Origin: Tricharina praecox
Lineage: Eukaryota
Length of the DNA: 64,000 nucleotides
Direction: 5' to 3'
NCBI RefSeq assembly: GCF_024521635.1
Contig: NW_026250421.1
Location: forward strand, 248,001 to 312,000
The translations under genes and the position numbers were made by a program. A model generated the notes under the pieces. It worked only from the letters and a program-made list of their open reading frames with translations. It was not told the origin of the DNA and ran no database searches. Numbering within the stretch: position 1 is the first letter of the stretch; each line of letters begins with the position of its first letter. Shown piece by piece: positions 11,575 through 25,130 of the stretch.

Positions 11575-13112
11575 CCCTTATGTGTTTCGCTTTTATCGCT
11601 CGGCCCACCACCAGCAAGACGGACAGGATCTAACTCGGCCGTTCGTGCCGTGTCGCAGCGGTATAATCTATCGATCGGCCGCACAACGGAGGGGTGCGTA
11701 GGTCGTATCGGTGGTGGTGCTTCGAGAGCTTTGCTGTACAGTACAGTACAGTGCGGACGACCCGGTGAAGGAAAAAGAGCGTGGGTTATGGAGTCGAGGT
11801 TGGGTGCGAATGAGGTCCAAGGAGACAAGTGTTAACAAGATGTAGTCTAAAACCGGAAAGAGGGAAAAGATAGAGTCAGTCAGTCAGGTCAGTCAGTTGA
11901 TTCGTGCGGGAAGAACGGCTGTACGTACGTGTAAGTTCCCGACAACGCCGAGTCGAACTTCCCAGAACTTTGTGTGTCTTGGTGGCCAACCAGAAAGGGG
12001 GCACGGCGAGGCGCGGCGCGGCGGCGGTTTCGAATGCCTGGATGGTGCAGATCCATCCCTCCACCATCCCCCACATCACTTCGGAATCGCCGCACGACCA
12101 CCTCCTTCAACCTTGCCGTCGTACCGACAACAAATAAGAGAAAAAGAAAGGAGACTTCTCCTTCGCTCCCGCGATCACCATCGTCCAATCGGACAGCGAA
12201 GATTCCCTCACGTTTCGGATAGGTACTATCAATTCTCTTACTTACTCACCTACAACTGCAGCACCGCAGCTTGGCTAAGCGAGGTGACGCGGCTGAAATT
12301 TGGATGCCCGATTTGTAACGAGAAGCAACTTCCAGGGGAAGTGCTTATGTGATTACTACACATAGTAGATAGTGCACTTGGCTCACTGCATTCACCATCA
12401 CTCGAAAGGGATGGCTGGGCACGAACGCGCGCAGGCGCATGAATTCAGAATCCTTTTACTCTACATACTCTAACTGGGGCTATTCTGACTCTTGATAAAC
12501 ATGCTTATCAAAGTACATATCATAGGTAGATCGGAGGATTAAACCTTGATAAGCTTCGCTAGAATCGCTACGGATTCGGACCAGACTCCAAAAGACTTGT
12601 GACGATTGAAGCATCCGTTGCAATACCTAGTTTCGTCCACTCTAAAAAGTGCAATACGGAGGGAAAGCTTATATGTACGAGAGTGGGACAGAAGCAGGTA
12701 GAGTAGACAGGTTGCGACTATCACCATACTAGGTTATTCACGGGATATCACTCACTGATCCGTACCCTTGTCGATCAATCGAGAGTCGCGATTGAGGAAA
12801 ATCGACGTTGCGGACTCGCCGAATCACTTGATAGCCTAGTTAAATGAGGCTGTACAATGGGTAGTGGCAGTACCCATTCGCATCCCCTCTACCGGCCTTC
12901 ATTGCCATCGGTGCGGGTTTGGTATTACCTAGGCGGGCGAGCTTTCCGCCTTGCGATCACAGTTGTTGGCATCATGTCCACTGCCACGATTCATTTTGAG
13001 TAGTCGCATACAAACACCACTTGGAAACTATCTGATCCCGCAATATCGAAGTATTACCCCCCCTCAGGCTCATCCTCCCCAAGCCCTCCCACCTCCAATC
13101 CCCCATCACCCA

Positions 13113-13448
13113 TCACCCTCCACCGACCCCCATCCTCCCAAAATTCCTCCCCCTTCCCGTCTCCCTCCCCGTCTCCCTCCCCCTCCCCCTCCCCCCACCG
13201 CCCTCCTCCTCCTCCTCCCCATTCCCTCCCCACAAATCCTCTCTACTTTCCGCCACGCCCACTCCCACTTCCACCACCACCACGTCCACGCTCCCCTCCC
13301 CAGCCGCCCTCCTGCTCCTCATCCTCCCCCTCCTCCGTATCCCCCACCAGACCGCAAACGTTGCCGCCACGCCCACCGCCACCCCGCCCAGCATCACCGC
13401 CGCCCACATGTACATCCCCGAGCCCGTGGTTGGTGTTGGCGATGTCAT
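13113..13448 (-). CDS. Possible small single-pass membrane protein (111 aa)
   Basis: ATG ORF with hydrophobic WAAVMLGGVAVGVAATFAVWWGI followed by RRRGR (positive-inside). The rest is low-complexity G/E/R with no recognisable family. Confidence 0.3.
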   Translation of the reverse strand: MTSPTPTTGSGMYMWAAVMLGGVAVGVAATFAVWWGIRRRGRMRSRRAAGEGSVDVVVVEVGVGVAESREDLWGGNGEEEEEGGGGRGRGRETGRETGRGRNFGRMGVGGG

Positions 13449-13969
13449 CGTTTGAGCTGCCTTCTTTTCTGGCTGTGAGCTACCTTGAAGTCTGGCTGTG
13501 AGGACTCTGGAGCGGACGGAGGATAATTGGGCGGTGCCCCGGGGAGCCTGGAGGGGGGGACGGGGTTTTGTGTGGATGGGATGCGACGGGAAGGGAAGGG
13601 AAGGGGAGGAAGAAAGCGAAGGAGATGGGGAGGAGAGGAAAGGGAGGAGAAGTGAGGAGAGAAGGTGTGGTGATACTCACGGACGGGAACGCGCTTCCCC
13701 GACACCGTGATGCCGCTATGCCGCGGTAATGGTAGTGGTAGTGGTGGTGGTGGTGCGGAGGCTGCGGTGGGGGAGGTTCCACGCGGCGGTATATTGAGGG
13801 GGGAACGGCTTGATTGAGTGTTGGAGATTAATCATGTCTGCAGTACTCTATTCTACCTACTGCCCACACGGGTGGACGGGGAAACTATCGACAGTATACA
13901 AACAATACTCAAAGCATGTGGTCTTGGAATAGGGAACATGTTTTATACAGACAGGACGAAGACAATAAT

Positions 13970-14050
13970 GACTGCTTGGCGCAATGGTAGCGCGCGGACC
14001 TCCTACTACTGGACAGTCCGAGGCTGTGGGTTCGAGTCCCATGGTGGTCG
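13970..14050 (+). tRNA. tRNA-Arg(CCT) with a 9-nt intron (14006-14014)
   Basis: Cloverleaf: acceptor GACTGCT/GGTGGTC, D-arm GCGC-AATGGTA-GCGC, anticodon stem CGGAC/GTCCG with CT-CCT-A, T-arm GTGGG-TTCGAGT-CCCAT, discriminator G, followed by a T-run terminator. Confidence 0.93.
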
Positions 14051-16025
14051 ATATTTGTTTTTGGTGGCCTTGTTGAGCCCGAGCTCTTGGAGGTGACAAT
14101 TTTTGAGGACGACGTCCCTGATCGATCACTCCGCGGCACCAGTGGGTAAGCTATGGTATAGTATATGGCCGCGAAGACCACGCAAAGTGCCATTTCCAAT
14201 GTCCATGCTGTTGCAGAATGTGGAATCGCGAAGGGCAATGGCTCTGATTGACATACACGCCGCGCTCGAGTGAGACTGAATCCGTCCACATCAATTCGGT
14301 TCGCTACCATCACTCGCCAATAGTCAGAGCCAGAGCCAACGTAAGTACTCTAACTACGGCGATTCGCAAGGCAAGCTTGCACAGCTCCAGCCCCAACTCG
14401 GAAGATAAGTAACTCCTGCACCTACCGTAGGTTGGTGGAATCCTCCCTCGCCACGCGGGTGCTGGATTTCGCAAATAGTCCAGAGCCTTCGAGCTCTCGC
14501 TCTCGCTGGTGAGTTGTGACGGGTTGAAATTCAATCCGTGCCGATCGCACATATCTACTTTCGCGGGGGGGGGGGGGGGGGGGGGGGGGGTGACTGGAAG
14601 TTTCTTTTCTTTCTGCTCTCGCTCGCCGTGCGATTGAGCTCCAGTCTCCAGATCGATCGATTGTTCAAGTTACACACACAGGTCGTCACACACAGGTCTC
14701 GTCTCACGAGTCGCATCGGGTTCTCTGGCTATGGCTGGCTATTGCGCACCACAAGGTTTTGTGGCTTTTCCCCGCCACCACCACCACCGGAACGAATATG
14801 ACATCAATCCACGTTCCAATCCAGAAAGAAGAACACCACGAGCGGCATGCATATTTCGTGGCTCCAGCAGAGTGATGTACCGAGTATGGTAACAAATTCT
14901 TCTTACTTACATTAAGTACCGTATCCCCCCCTCGAGTCTCGTCGCCCCCAACGCCGAGAAAAGAACAAAAGCAAAAAAAATAAAAAAATACTGGTAGGCA
15001 GCACTGCACTGCACATCGCCCAGAGGGAACGAGGCCAGAAAAAGAAAAGAAAGGAAAAAAAATTTATGCTTCCATCAGTCCGGCAAAAGCAAGCAAGCAA
15101 AAACGAGAGAGCGAGATCAGGAATACATCCGGACCACGACCAGCTCCGCCTCCGCCATCAATTAAGTAGAGTACGTGAATACCGGTACATATCACATCAC
15201 ATCATATCGTTGCGTTACTTTCCAGAGCCCACGGCGTCACGTCATGTCATGTCGTGAGTTTGGTTCCGGGCGTAACTATATGCCACCACCTTTCGTCACG
15301 CCATCCATCCAATCAGCTCAGCTCACACATATCCCCGTCGACGTCCACGTCCACGGTCCCCACCACCACCATTGAAGGAAGGAAGGAAAAAACATACCAC
15401 TGCGCTCGGGACTGCCCAAGGCGAAACTCGGGACCGACGCTGCGGCCGCGTTGTTCCGAGGTCGGGTCAGCTCGATGGTTTTCGACAGGACTGTGACGGT
15501 AAATAGCCCTCCTGCCAGCGCGGAGAGGATGGGGAGGGTTTTGGAACTGGGGCGCGTGTGAGTTAGCGGAGGTGGGATGGGTGGATGGGTGGATGGGGGG
15601 AGCCCGGGGGAGCCCGGGGACGGGGGGAAGCATACGCGAGGGCGGCGGCGGCGGGCATTGCGTTGGGTGGATTCGTGGATTGAAGGGATGGAGGATATGT
15701 CAAGTGAAGTTGAGTATAAAGGCGTCTGATCGTCAAGTACTTCTTAAGTATGAGTACGGTGAGTGTGATGTGATGTGATGTGTTGAAGACGTCGAGGACG
15801 GCAACGGCAGCGGCCGGCGGCCGGTCTTTAAAGCAGTGAGAGCCCTCGCCTTATCCCGCCCCACCACCGCCAGCAGCCAACCAGTAGTTACGCCAGTACT
15901 CTACGCACGGACGCCAACCGCTACATGTATTCATGTAGGTGACACGAGACTTTTTTTCCCTCCCAAACCTGAAATGGTTCTTCTGGGATTTGTGGAGGCG
16001 GGTGTGGAGGTGTGGACGAGGTTGA

Positions 16026-16136
16026 GGTGGTGGTGGTGGTGGTGGTGGTGGTGGTGGTGGTGGTGGTGGTGGTGGTGGTGGTGGTGGTGGTGGTGGTGGT
16101 GGTGGTGGTGGTGGTGGTGGTGGTGGTGGTGGTGGT
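16026..16136. repeat. (GGT)37 microsatellite, intergenic
   Basis: Direct reading. It generates spurious poly-W/V/H/P ORFs. Confidence 0.95.
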
Positions 16137-17369
16137 GTGCCGCCATGGTGATCATGCAAGAGCTTCGTCTAGAGCACTATGTAAACTATGCTGCGTAGAG
16201 TAACTGGGAATTCTGCAGCCCAGAGTAGAGTGGCTCTGCTTTCTGCATAGGTAGAGGTGGTAAGGTGATGGACGGAGGGCCGGGGAGGTAACTTATGGTG
16301 CTTCACACATCCCAGCTGCAAGCAAAAGTACCGACCGACTGCCAGCCTGCCAATGCGCACACGACTCACGCTCCAGGCCCTGCCCCCCTCCCCCCTCCAC
16401 GAAAACCAATCCGCCTCCATCGCACCGTTCTCGGGATTAGCTCGCTCACAGCGCATGTCCCACCGTCCAGTCACCACCGTCCCACGAACCAGCCATGGCG
16501 AAATGCCTTATCGACGTCGACGTCGACGCTCCGTTTCAACATTCCGCCGCAACGATAAGCGATATACAGCACTCTAACTAGGGACGGAAAGAAGCGGCTG
16601 GGATCGGCTAACGCTTGTGCGTGCTCGTTTGTTTCCGGACCGTGGTTTCGTGCGGTTATGGCTGCCGATAGTGTGAATATCTAGAGTAGTGTGGCGGGGA
16701 GGGGGCGAGCATGGCGTGGACTTGGAGTACAGGTACGGTGGCGCAACCAAGTGCCTACACACAGTAGGGAGGGTGCTAGCCAAGAAGCAACGCCCCATGT
16801 GATCGCTGTTGTATAGAAAAGTAGACCACACGAGCGGGCTGCGAGCTGCGCCATTCCTCCATGCATGCAGGTTGCTGGCGCGGAAACAACTTGCAAGTGC
16901 TGATTCGGAGGTGGAGCCTCGTTCGTCGAGTCTAATCCGTTGTGATTACTGGCTTGGGCTGCTGTGGGTTAGGCTATGAAGTATATGAAGTGTACCTGTG
17001 GCAATAGGTATGACACTCACAATGACAATGCCAGCTCGTATGTAGAGGATTCTCGGGTTCGCCGTGGCGGCTTGGAAGGTCCTTCGCGAATTGAGCGACT
17101 ACTCTACCGACTGCCGTGCGAGCGGGGAATGGTAATGCATGCATGGGTGAAATGAGTGATGTCTATGATCGTGGGACATTAATGGGTATGTCCGGCCAAA
17201 GTGCCAGGCGAAGCGAAGAGAAAAGCCATCAAATGCTCGATTGCAGACTCCAACATACTATGCATCCTCCCACCATAAACCCCCCCCAAGTGCTCAATTA
17301 CAGACTCCAATCTATCCTATGCATCCTCCCACGGTCCCGCCATCAAACCCCAACCTACACACCAGTACT

Positions 17370-18140
17370 TCAACTACCACCGCTCATCCCAGAAATAATC
17401 AAGATCTGATGGGTCCTCCTGCGATCAACCTCCTTCTTCAACATGACCAGGACCGTCGCAACGACGAGCGCCTCATCGACGCCATCACCGATGACCAGCG
17501 CGCCACCATTCCCCGCCCACGTCCCTCCACTCCCCTTCGTCCTCGTCTCCCTATTCCTAACCAACTCAGCGACCTTCCTCCTCGCGGCGCCCTCACCAAT
17601 GTAAAGCACTAAGACCTTCGTCTTCAACAGCACGCCATCACTACTGGTAACCGCAGGCCTCATCTCCTTCTGGTAGACCCACTCGCAGCGCTCGCCCTTC
17701 CACATAAACGTACAGTCCCTATTCATCGTGCAAAACCTGCCCACGCGGAGCGCGCGCACCGTTTCCTCGCCAATAGTGAGGACGGGGGACCTCCTTTTTC
17801 CGGGACCAAAGAAGTACGTAGTCCGTGCCACCTCCTCCGCCGCCCCCGCCACCCCCGCCGCCGTCATGGCCGTCAACACACACGACCCCGACGACCGCTT
17901 AAACCTTACGGACTGGTATGCGGGCACGGAGTCGCGCAGGATCGTGGTGGTGAGCTCTTTCACTGTCAGCGGGAACCGCAGCCAGGGGATCCCGAGCGCG
18001 TTCACGGTCAGCGTCGTGCGCGGCGTGAAGAAGTGCGGGCCGTCGTTGCCGCCGCTAACGGGTGGGTCTGAGGGTGTGCCCGAAGATGGGAGCGTGAGGG
18101 GCTTTTCGTCCGTGGTTACGAAGGCGGGGGTTTTGGACAT
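17370..18140 (-). CDS. Conserved fungal hypothetical protein, 256 aa, intronless
   Basis: Long GC-rich ORF with protein-like motifs (AYQSVRFKRSSGSCVL, TTYFFGPG, VAELVRNRETRTKGS, LVVATVLVMLKKEVDRRR). Function unknown. Confidence 0.75.
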   Translation of the reverse strand: MSKTPAFVTTDEKPLTLPSSGTPSDPPVSGGNDGPHFFTPRTTLTVNALGIPWLRFPLTVKELTTTILRDSVPAYQSVRFKRSSGSCVLTAMTAAGVAGAAEEVARTTYFFGPGKRRSPVLTIGEETVRALRVGRFCTMNRDCTFMWKGERCEWVYQKEMRPAVTSSDGVLLKTKVLVLYIGEGAARRKVAELVRNRETRTKGSGGTWAGNGGALVIGDGVDEALVVATVLVMLKKEVDRRRTHQILIISGMSGGS

Positions 18141-18189
18141 TGGTGGGGGTGAGGGTGGGGGTGGTAGTGATGTGGCTGTGGCGACGATG

Positions 18190-18380
18190 CTGATGTTGAT
18201 GTGACTGTTGATGTTGCAGTTGCTGCAGATGTTGCAGTTGTGGTTGCAGTTGCTATTGCTGTCGATGTTGCTATTGATGTCGGTGTCGATGCCGATGTCG
18301 ATATTGCTGTCGATGTTGCTATTGATGTCTGTGTCGATGCCGATGTCGATATTGCTGTCGAATGTCGATGTTGCTGTTGC
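18190..18380. repeat. Degenerate hexamer (GATGTY/GCTRTY) array containing a near-perfect 48-bp tandem duplication
   Basis: gctgtcgatgttgctattgatgtc(g/t)gtgtcgatgccgatgtcgatatt occurs twice at ~18258-18353. Confidence 0.8.
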
Positions 18381-19182
18381 CTTGCCGTTCGATGAAGTCG
18401 AGATTGCGTTTACCAGCGGCCGGGGAGAGGTGGGGTTTTATCTTTGAACAGCAATGCGGAGTTGTACCAACCCAGGTTACACGGAAGCTGAATAGGAATA
18501 CGAGAAAGCTGAAGGGAGAAATACGAGAAAGCTGAAGGCAACGCGAGGCAGTGCGAGGCAGGCCGCCGTGTGCGGCAGTGCCAGTGCAGCGAATTGGATT
18601 TCGGGAGACGAGATGTAGAGTACTCTACAGTACAGTCAAAGTACCGTACCGTGCCGCGACGATCATTGCGATCATGGCGATCGTGGCCGCGCTCTTTTCC
18701 ACTTGTTCGCTTGTACAAATGGTGACACTGCTGTTGATATTATACCATATCTCGCAACACGGGGTCAGTATAAGCAACAAAATTAATAACACATTGGCCA
18801 GGCTGCCAGGCTGCCAGAGCAATCATGCGGCAAGGCACCTCGCAAGTCTCCGGGCTCCAGTCTGTAGCTGTAGTTATCAGCCAGGTGGTGTATGTAGGAG
18901 CCATATGTCTAGAGTAGGTATCGGAGAATCAGTCGGTCGTGTGCATATTCCGATCTCGACTCGCTAATCAGCGTCACCATGCACAAATCACACCCAACGT
19001 CGAGTCACTCTGTGTGATCCACATGATCCGTGTGTAGGAATATACGAATCACACATCCCACGGCCCGGGTACCCGTAGAATCTTGGAAAAGAAAAGACAC
19101 ACACACCCGCCAAACGAAAGCAGAAGCAAGAGAGGAAGCCATCCACCGTCCTAACCGACCAACCCAACGCCTCTATCCCATT

Positions 19183-21443
19183 TCAAAAATTCATCAAATC
19201 TGCACAGTCGTAGGTATCAGCATTGTTTCCAAGAACACATCGTACTTATGTAGCGACTTACCTCTCCCAAACAACGCCCTCTTCCCCCAATCCATCGCCA
19301 GCAGCATGCGCGTGCGCGCACTCACAGACTGCGCGAAATAAACGCTCCTCCAGAGGTACAGAAAGATGAGTCCGCCGCCGAACGACAGCCCGCTGATCCC
19401 GGTATCGAACACGGCCGCGTTCCCGACATACGCCAGACTCCCCAGGTGCTTATACACGAATGCCTTGTATACAGCGTCGTCCACGTCTCCATCAACGATG
19501 TCGTTCATTTCCAGTCCGGGCGTGGCTTGCGCGAGCTTGTTGAGTTTACGCGCGAGGTACTGGCCCTGCTGGTGTGCGCGCTGCGCAGTGGCGGGGAGGG
19601 AGGTGAGTTTCGAGTCGATTTTCTCGAGTAGCTTTTTGAGCTCGTCGAACTCGAGGGTACCCGAGTTGTCCTCGTCGTATGCTTCAAAGAGCTTGTCGAG
19701 GCGCCGCAGGTGGTCCGTGGTCTGCGGGAAGCGCTTGCGGATCCGTGGGACAATCTTGCGCCATTGGTCGAATGTCAAGCGAATCGACTTTTCGTCTTTG
19801 ATGCCTTGTTCCCATGCCACGTGCTTGAGGAACTCGGTGATGTGGCTGGTGATGTTGTTTTGGACGGTGGAGCAGTCGCCAATCGCGTAGACGTCTCCCA
19901 TGGGAGTTCCCAGTAGCCTCAAGTGAGAATCGGTCTCCAGCGCGTGCGAGTTCTTCTGCACATCCAGTAATTCGGCAATGCGTTGGCAGAAGTCTGTCTG
20001 AGCTACGCCTGTCGACCACAGACATAAACCGAATGGGAGCTCCTTGGTGATGATTTTTCCTCCCTCTTGCTGGGTGAATATCACCTTGTCCTCCTCGATC
20101 TTTGATACCCGTGCATTTGTCAGGACGTCGATCTGCTGGCGTGAAAACCGGTCTTCGGCATATCTGCTGAGTGCCTCGTCGTATGTATTGAGGATGTGTG
20201 ATCGAGACTGCACGATATGCACTGATACCTCGTTTCGGAGAATTCTTGGGTACTATAGTTTACGTCAATCAATAGACACACTTAAGGAAGCATAGGAGAC
20301 CGTACCCTCAATGTGAGATCCTCGTTCAGCATGTCAAAAAGCTCTGCAGCAAACTCGACTCCGGTAGGTCCACCACCACACACCACAAACGACAGCAGTC
20401 TCCGCCGCTCCTCATCCGTAGTTGTCGGCAAGCAGGCCTGCTCAAAATTCTCAATGACCTTTTTGCGTATCATCCTAGCATCATTGACGTCCTTGAGGAA
20501 GTTGACATGCTCCAATCCCTCCACGCCGTGAGTCCTTGTCTTAGAACCTGAGCTTCCATCAGCAATAGATCTTTCGCACTAGCATTCGCCAATGTTACCC
20601 ACCAACTCCAACTATTAGCTTATCATACGGCACGTAAAAGCTCCTGCTCTTCCCATCCGGGCCTATCTGCGAGACCTCCACGAGCTTCTCACTAAAATCC
20701 ACGCTTTCCGCATTCGCCTTCAAAAAGTGTGCGTTGATCTTGCCCGTGATTGAGCGAATAGGTTCTATCAAGCTACGAACCTCGAGCGTTCCCACCGTCG
20801 CACTGGGCAACAGCGGCGTGTAGAGAAAGTAGTTACTCGGCGAGATGACGGTGACATGGTAGTTCTCAGGATTGATGTTCTTCAGTAGCGCAACCGATCC
20901 CCACCCGCTGCCCAACACCACCAGCCGCGGCTTATCCAGTAGCTTCTGCGCCTCGTCGCCATCGTCATCGACCTATAATGCCCCGCATCAGCAACCACAA
21001 CACGGCAACCATCGAAGCACGCTCACCAAAATCTCCGCAATGGGCAAATTCTTCGGGCCGCCCCTGCGCGGACTCAACGCCAGCTGCGGCACCGCAAGAT
21101 CACTCTCGTCCGCCTCATCCTTGTACGTACTTGCATCGTAGACGAAGAACGCAACGATGGCACCACCGATCGTCAGTGTCGCGAATCCGCAGAACGCAAA
21201 CGTTTTAAAAAGTGCACGCGCGAGTTTCGAGCGTCGCTTCAGCGGTTTCTCGTCCCCTTTGGTCGCTAGAACTCGAAATTGCGGCTTCGGAGTGCGGACG
21301 GCGCCGAGGAGTGGGCTGCGAACGATCGTGGGGCGCAGAGACGACAGCGTGGTTCCGCGGCCGACTGTCGTGTGCACTCGAGCGACTGCGGGCGCTATTA
21401 CGCGACGGGTGGACACGGTCGTTAGTAGCCGCTGTCGTAACAT
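19183..21443 (-). CDS. nde-1: Mitochondrial external alternative NAD(P)H dehydrogenase with EF-hand (64-kDa, Neurospora NDE-1 type), multi-exon
   Basis: Arg-rich presequence MLRQRLLTTVSTRR. First dinucleotide fold VVLGSGWGS, YFLYTPLLPSATVGTLEVRS; second VVCGGGPTGVEFAAEL; AIGDC; EF-hand DEDNSGTLEFDEL; LPATAQRAHQQG, HLGSLAYVG; final exon ...ALFGRDLMNF*. Confidence 0.93.
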
Positions 21444-22554
21444 CGGTGATATCTGCCGCTGTACTGGTGAAAACTGGCAGAGTAACAACGAACGGGCTCA
21501 AGCGATTGAATGAACGAGGGAGGAGGAAAGATCAGGTAACTTTGGGCGGGTGGGCGGTTGGACGGCAACAAGCAAGCAGTCAGCAGAACGTGGACGGTGG
21601 GACATGATCCAACGTGTGACGTAGTTGGGTTAGTTATGCGCGACAGGGCCATCCATATTCATTAGGTATTCTTCCTTCATGTGCTGCCCTGATGTTGACA
21701 ACATGAAACCAAAACAGATATGCCGTTCATTTCACTGACCAGTAGAAACAGCGACTGGTAGTAACCAGTGTTCAAACAGGATAGAATCTAGATACTGATT
21801 CGCGGGGTTTCACCTTTCCAGCTCAAAGTTCAAAGTTCAAACAGTGGGGTGCCTCTATTTATAGAATTGCTTATGCCCTCGCTTCCAGCTTGGCAATTGG
21901 CATGATACCGGTATTCTACTATGCCAACTGGGCTAGACAAAGTGCTTGTGTTGGAATTCGGTGACGATCTGCTGTCCCTAGAGTAGAGCCGCTTTTCTAA
22001 CTCGTTATTCCATCCAGTGGATGAGGCAGCTGGTGTGGGTAAAGGCGAGTGCATTCAATGGCATGTTCTAGCCCAGTGGTAGAAAATATCAGTCTATATG
22101 GGCTGGTCCATCTACTGTCGTAATCCTATGTACCCACTGGATAGAACACATGTTTTATCTGCAACATGACGGGCTATCAGAGACTATGACTCCTAGTAAC
22201 GCATTTCGATTGAGCGGACACGATTACATAATCTGACTGATCGGCATTGTAAAGAAGTTGTTTCTAAACAACGTGGGCGTCTGAAGATATGTGGGATTAG
22301 CGGAGGAGTCTACTCTGTGCAACATGAGTACTGTATAATCAGGAGAAGGGGGCAGGGTCTATGGTATCGATATAGCAGATAAATGGGACTTCTCGGCCCG
22401 CACATCAAGAATTATCCATTCGGAAATGCTCCCGAAAGCTTCACAGATGACATTTTTCGTTGACCCCAATGATCTAAAACCCCGCCAACCATGCTTGCTT
22501 TTCGTACTCCAACATAAACATCCAAGTATTATACAAATCCAGTCAATTCATCTA

Positions 22555-24722
22555 TCAAGCTTGCTTCGCCTTTTTCTTCAGACTCCGAACAAGACTCTGT
22601 AGCTCGTCCTTCTTCGCTACTGGCTTCGCAGTCTTTTTCCGTTTTCTCTCCCGTCCATCCTCGTCTGGTGGCGCACCAGCGGCATCCGTTGTCGCCGAGT
22701 TGCTGGCAACCCTCTTCCTCTTCTCCTCCATCAACTGCTTCGTACCGTCTGTCTTTACGAACCGAGGATTGGTAGGATCGATTGCGAAGGCATGCCTCTC
22801 AAATACAGCCTTGAAACGCGGGTCCTTGACGTCCATCTGGAAGTCTTCTTGCAGACCTTCAGTCTCCTTTAATGGCTTCCTGTGCTTCGCCTTCTTGACC
22901 TTCTTCATCTTGTCCGCCTTGACAATCTGCTTCATGTCAAAGTGGCTGAGCTTTCTGCCGTCAGGACCAAGTACGTCCTCCTCCATGAGAAGCTCCAGCT
23001 CAGCGCGCTTGGTCGCCTTCTCTGCTGCCTCCTTCTCCTTCTCTTCCCGACGCTTCTGCTTCTGCGCCTTCTTGAGGGCGGCGTTGGACTGCTCAGGCTC
23101 GTCGAAGAATGGATCATTGAAGCCCAAGTCCACTGCAGCCTGATCTGGTTCTGCTTCGGCGGCAGGCGCAGCGGCCGGCTTCTCTGCAGCCCCGTCCTCA
23201 CCTGCTCTACCGGCTTTCATCTTCTCCTTCCTCGCTTTTCTGCGCTCCTTCTCCTTCCTGGCGTAGGCTTCGATCGTGGTTTCCTGAAGCTCAATCACCG
23301 GTTTGCCCTTGTCGTCCTCATTGAGTCCAGATGTAAAGGTGACCTCCACCTCGCCAGTCGGCTCGCTCTTGCCCTTGCCGCCGAATGTGAGGCCGCCTAG
23401 TAACGACCGGTATTTTTCTTTCTTGCTCTCTCTCTCGTAATCTTCTGACTCGGAGTCGGAGGACGCAAGGTACGCCTTGAGCTCATTATCCTCAATATCG
23501 CGCTGCGAGAAAGCCTTCTTTGCGATTTGTTTCCGCTGTTGGTCGTCTTCGTCCCATGTCAGTTTGACCTTGGAGTGCTGGAGAGCCTGTTTCAACTGTC
23601 AGCACTGAGTCGGACGCTATAAAGTTCGACGTGATCTTACATCCGTGACGAATTCGGCAGGTGTGTACTCGGTCGGGTCTTGCGAGCACTCATCGCGTGG
23701 TTTGTCGTCTTCGAAAGTGGTCTCATCCGGGATAAATCGCAGGTCAAAGAAATTCGCCGTGGCCTCATACTCGGCGCCATCACAGTTGTCGTAGATGTGT
23801 TTTGCCGTACGCTCAGAATCGCACTCGACTACTGCATAAAAATACCTATTCCGCACCTATAATCAGCGCCTCGTCATCCGAATCCGTGAACAGCATGGAC
23901 CCACCGCAGCCGCTCTAATTGATACTGCCGTAACTTGGTACTATCAAATTCCTCTCCCTTATCCTCCTTGACGATATTTTTCTCGGTAACCTCCTCATCA
24001 TCGTCGGACACTTCCGCCTGCTTGTCGTTCCGGAAAATTTCCTTCGGCGGCCCTTCCAGTTCCTCGCGCTCCATCCGCTCCTTTCCAAACTCCGAAGGAA
24101 ACACCGTAACCCTTGTGACTCTTCCACCGGTGGGAGTAAAGCTCGCAAACGCCTTCATGAGATCCACCGCGCGCACATTATCCCAGTCCAAGTTGACGCA
24201 CGCAAAGCGCTTGCTGACTTCTCCAGTCGGCACCTCCGCCCTCGCCGCCGCAGCAACATCCTCCTCCATCTGCACTTCCAGATCCTCGTCGTCGTCGCTC
24301 TCGCTCTCGCTGGACGAGGTATCGACCATACCCTCACCACGCGCTGGATCGAACCTAACGCCGCCCTCCTCCTCCTGCTCATCCACCTCCCCCTCCTTTC
24401 CTTCCCCCTCCTTCCCCTTCCCCTCCTCCTCCTCCTCCTCCTCCTCATCCTCAAGCCTATAAAACCTCGACAGTTCCGCCTTGGCATTCTGTTTCGGCAG
24501 CTTGCGCCCATACCGATCCACGCGCGCGGTGGAGGAGAACTTGGGATCGCTGAGCACGCGCTTGAAGCGCGAGTCGAGGGCGACAGAGGTGTCCTGGCGC
24601 TTTGGAGGGGCGAACCGCGGGTCGTTGTGGATTACGCTGAAGCGGGGGTCGTTGGTTACTGGCGCGGTGTCGCGCGCCAGAGGCCGCGAGGATGAGCCGC
24701 GGGGTTTGGATTTGGGCGCCAT
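22555..24722 (-). CDS. ESF1: Pre-rRNA-processing protein Esf1 (NUC153 domain), 3 exons
   Basis: DPRFSVIHNDPRF, LDSRFK, VDRYGRK, FACVNLDWDNVRAVDL, FPSEFGKERM, LRQYQLERLRYFYAVVEC, FFDLRFIPD, ALQHSKVKLTWD, DPRFKAVFERHAFAIDPTNPRF. Confidence 0.95.
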
Positions 24723-25130
24723 GTTGTGGTGTTGTTTGTGGAGGAAGTTGCGCAGTTCGATCACTGAGGGATCAGTTGGTGGGTTGGATGAGGGCGGCGG
24801 CGGGCGAGGAAAAATTTGGAGCCGCATGCAAACTACTTTACCAGGGTCGGGATTGACTATCGTTAGTTCATTCATAGCGCGGCACTCGACTCTTAGCTCC
24901 TGCACGAGCCGGCTTCTTGGATGCTCCCCCGAAGACGGACAGAGGGCTTATAGAAACTAAAAAAAAAATACTCTTTAGAATAGATAAGAGATGCGAGGAT
25001 GCCATAGAATGATGAGCTTGCGTACAACTTCCATGTATGTACGACTTTTTGTTCCGACTTCGTAAATCTGTGGCGTAAGCAAATCCTATGGTACCCGTCC
25101 TGGATAGGATGAATGGGTAACAGAAATTCA

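Noticed and set aside
15836..16203. Poly-Trp, poly-His, poly-Pro and poly-Val ORFs
   Set aside because: Artefacts of the (GGT)37 microsatellite.
18141..18437. ~99 stop-free in-frame codons with a CTG upstream of the 256-aa gene (possible non-AUG extension)
   Set aside because: The hexamer repeat is stop-free by composition; there is no independent support.
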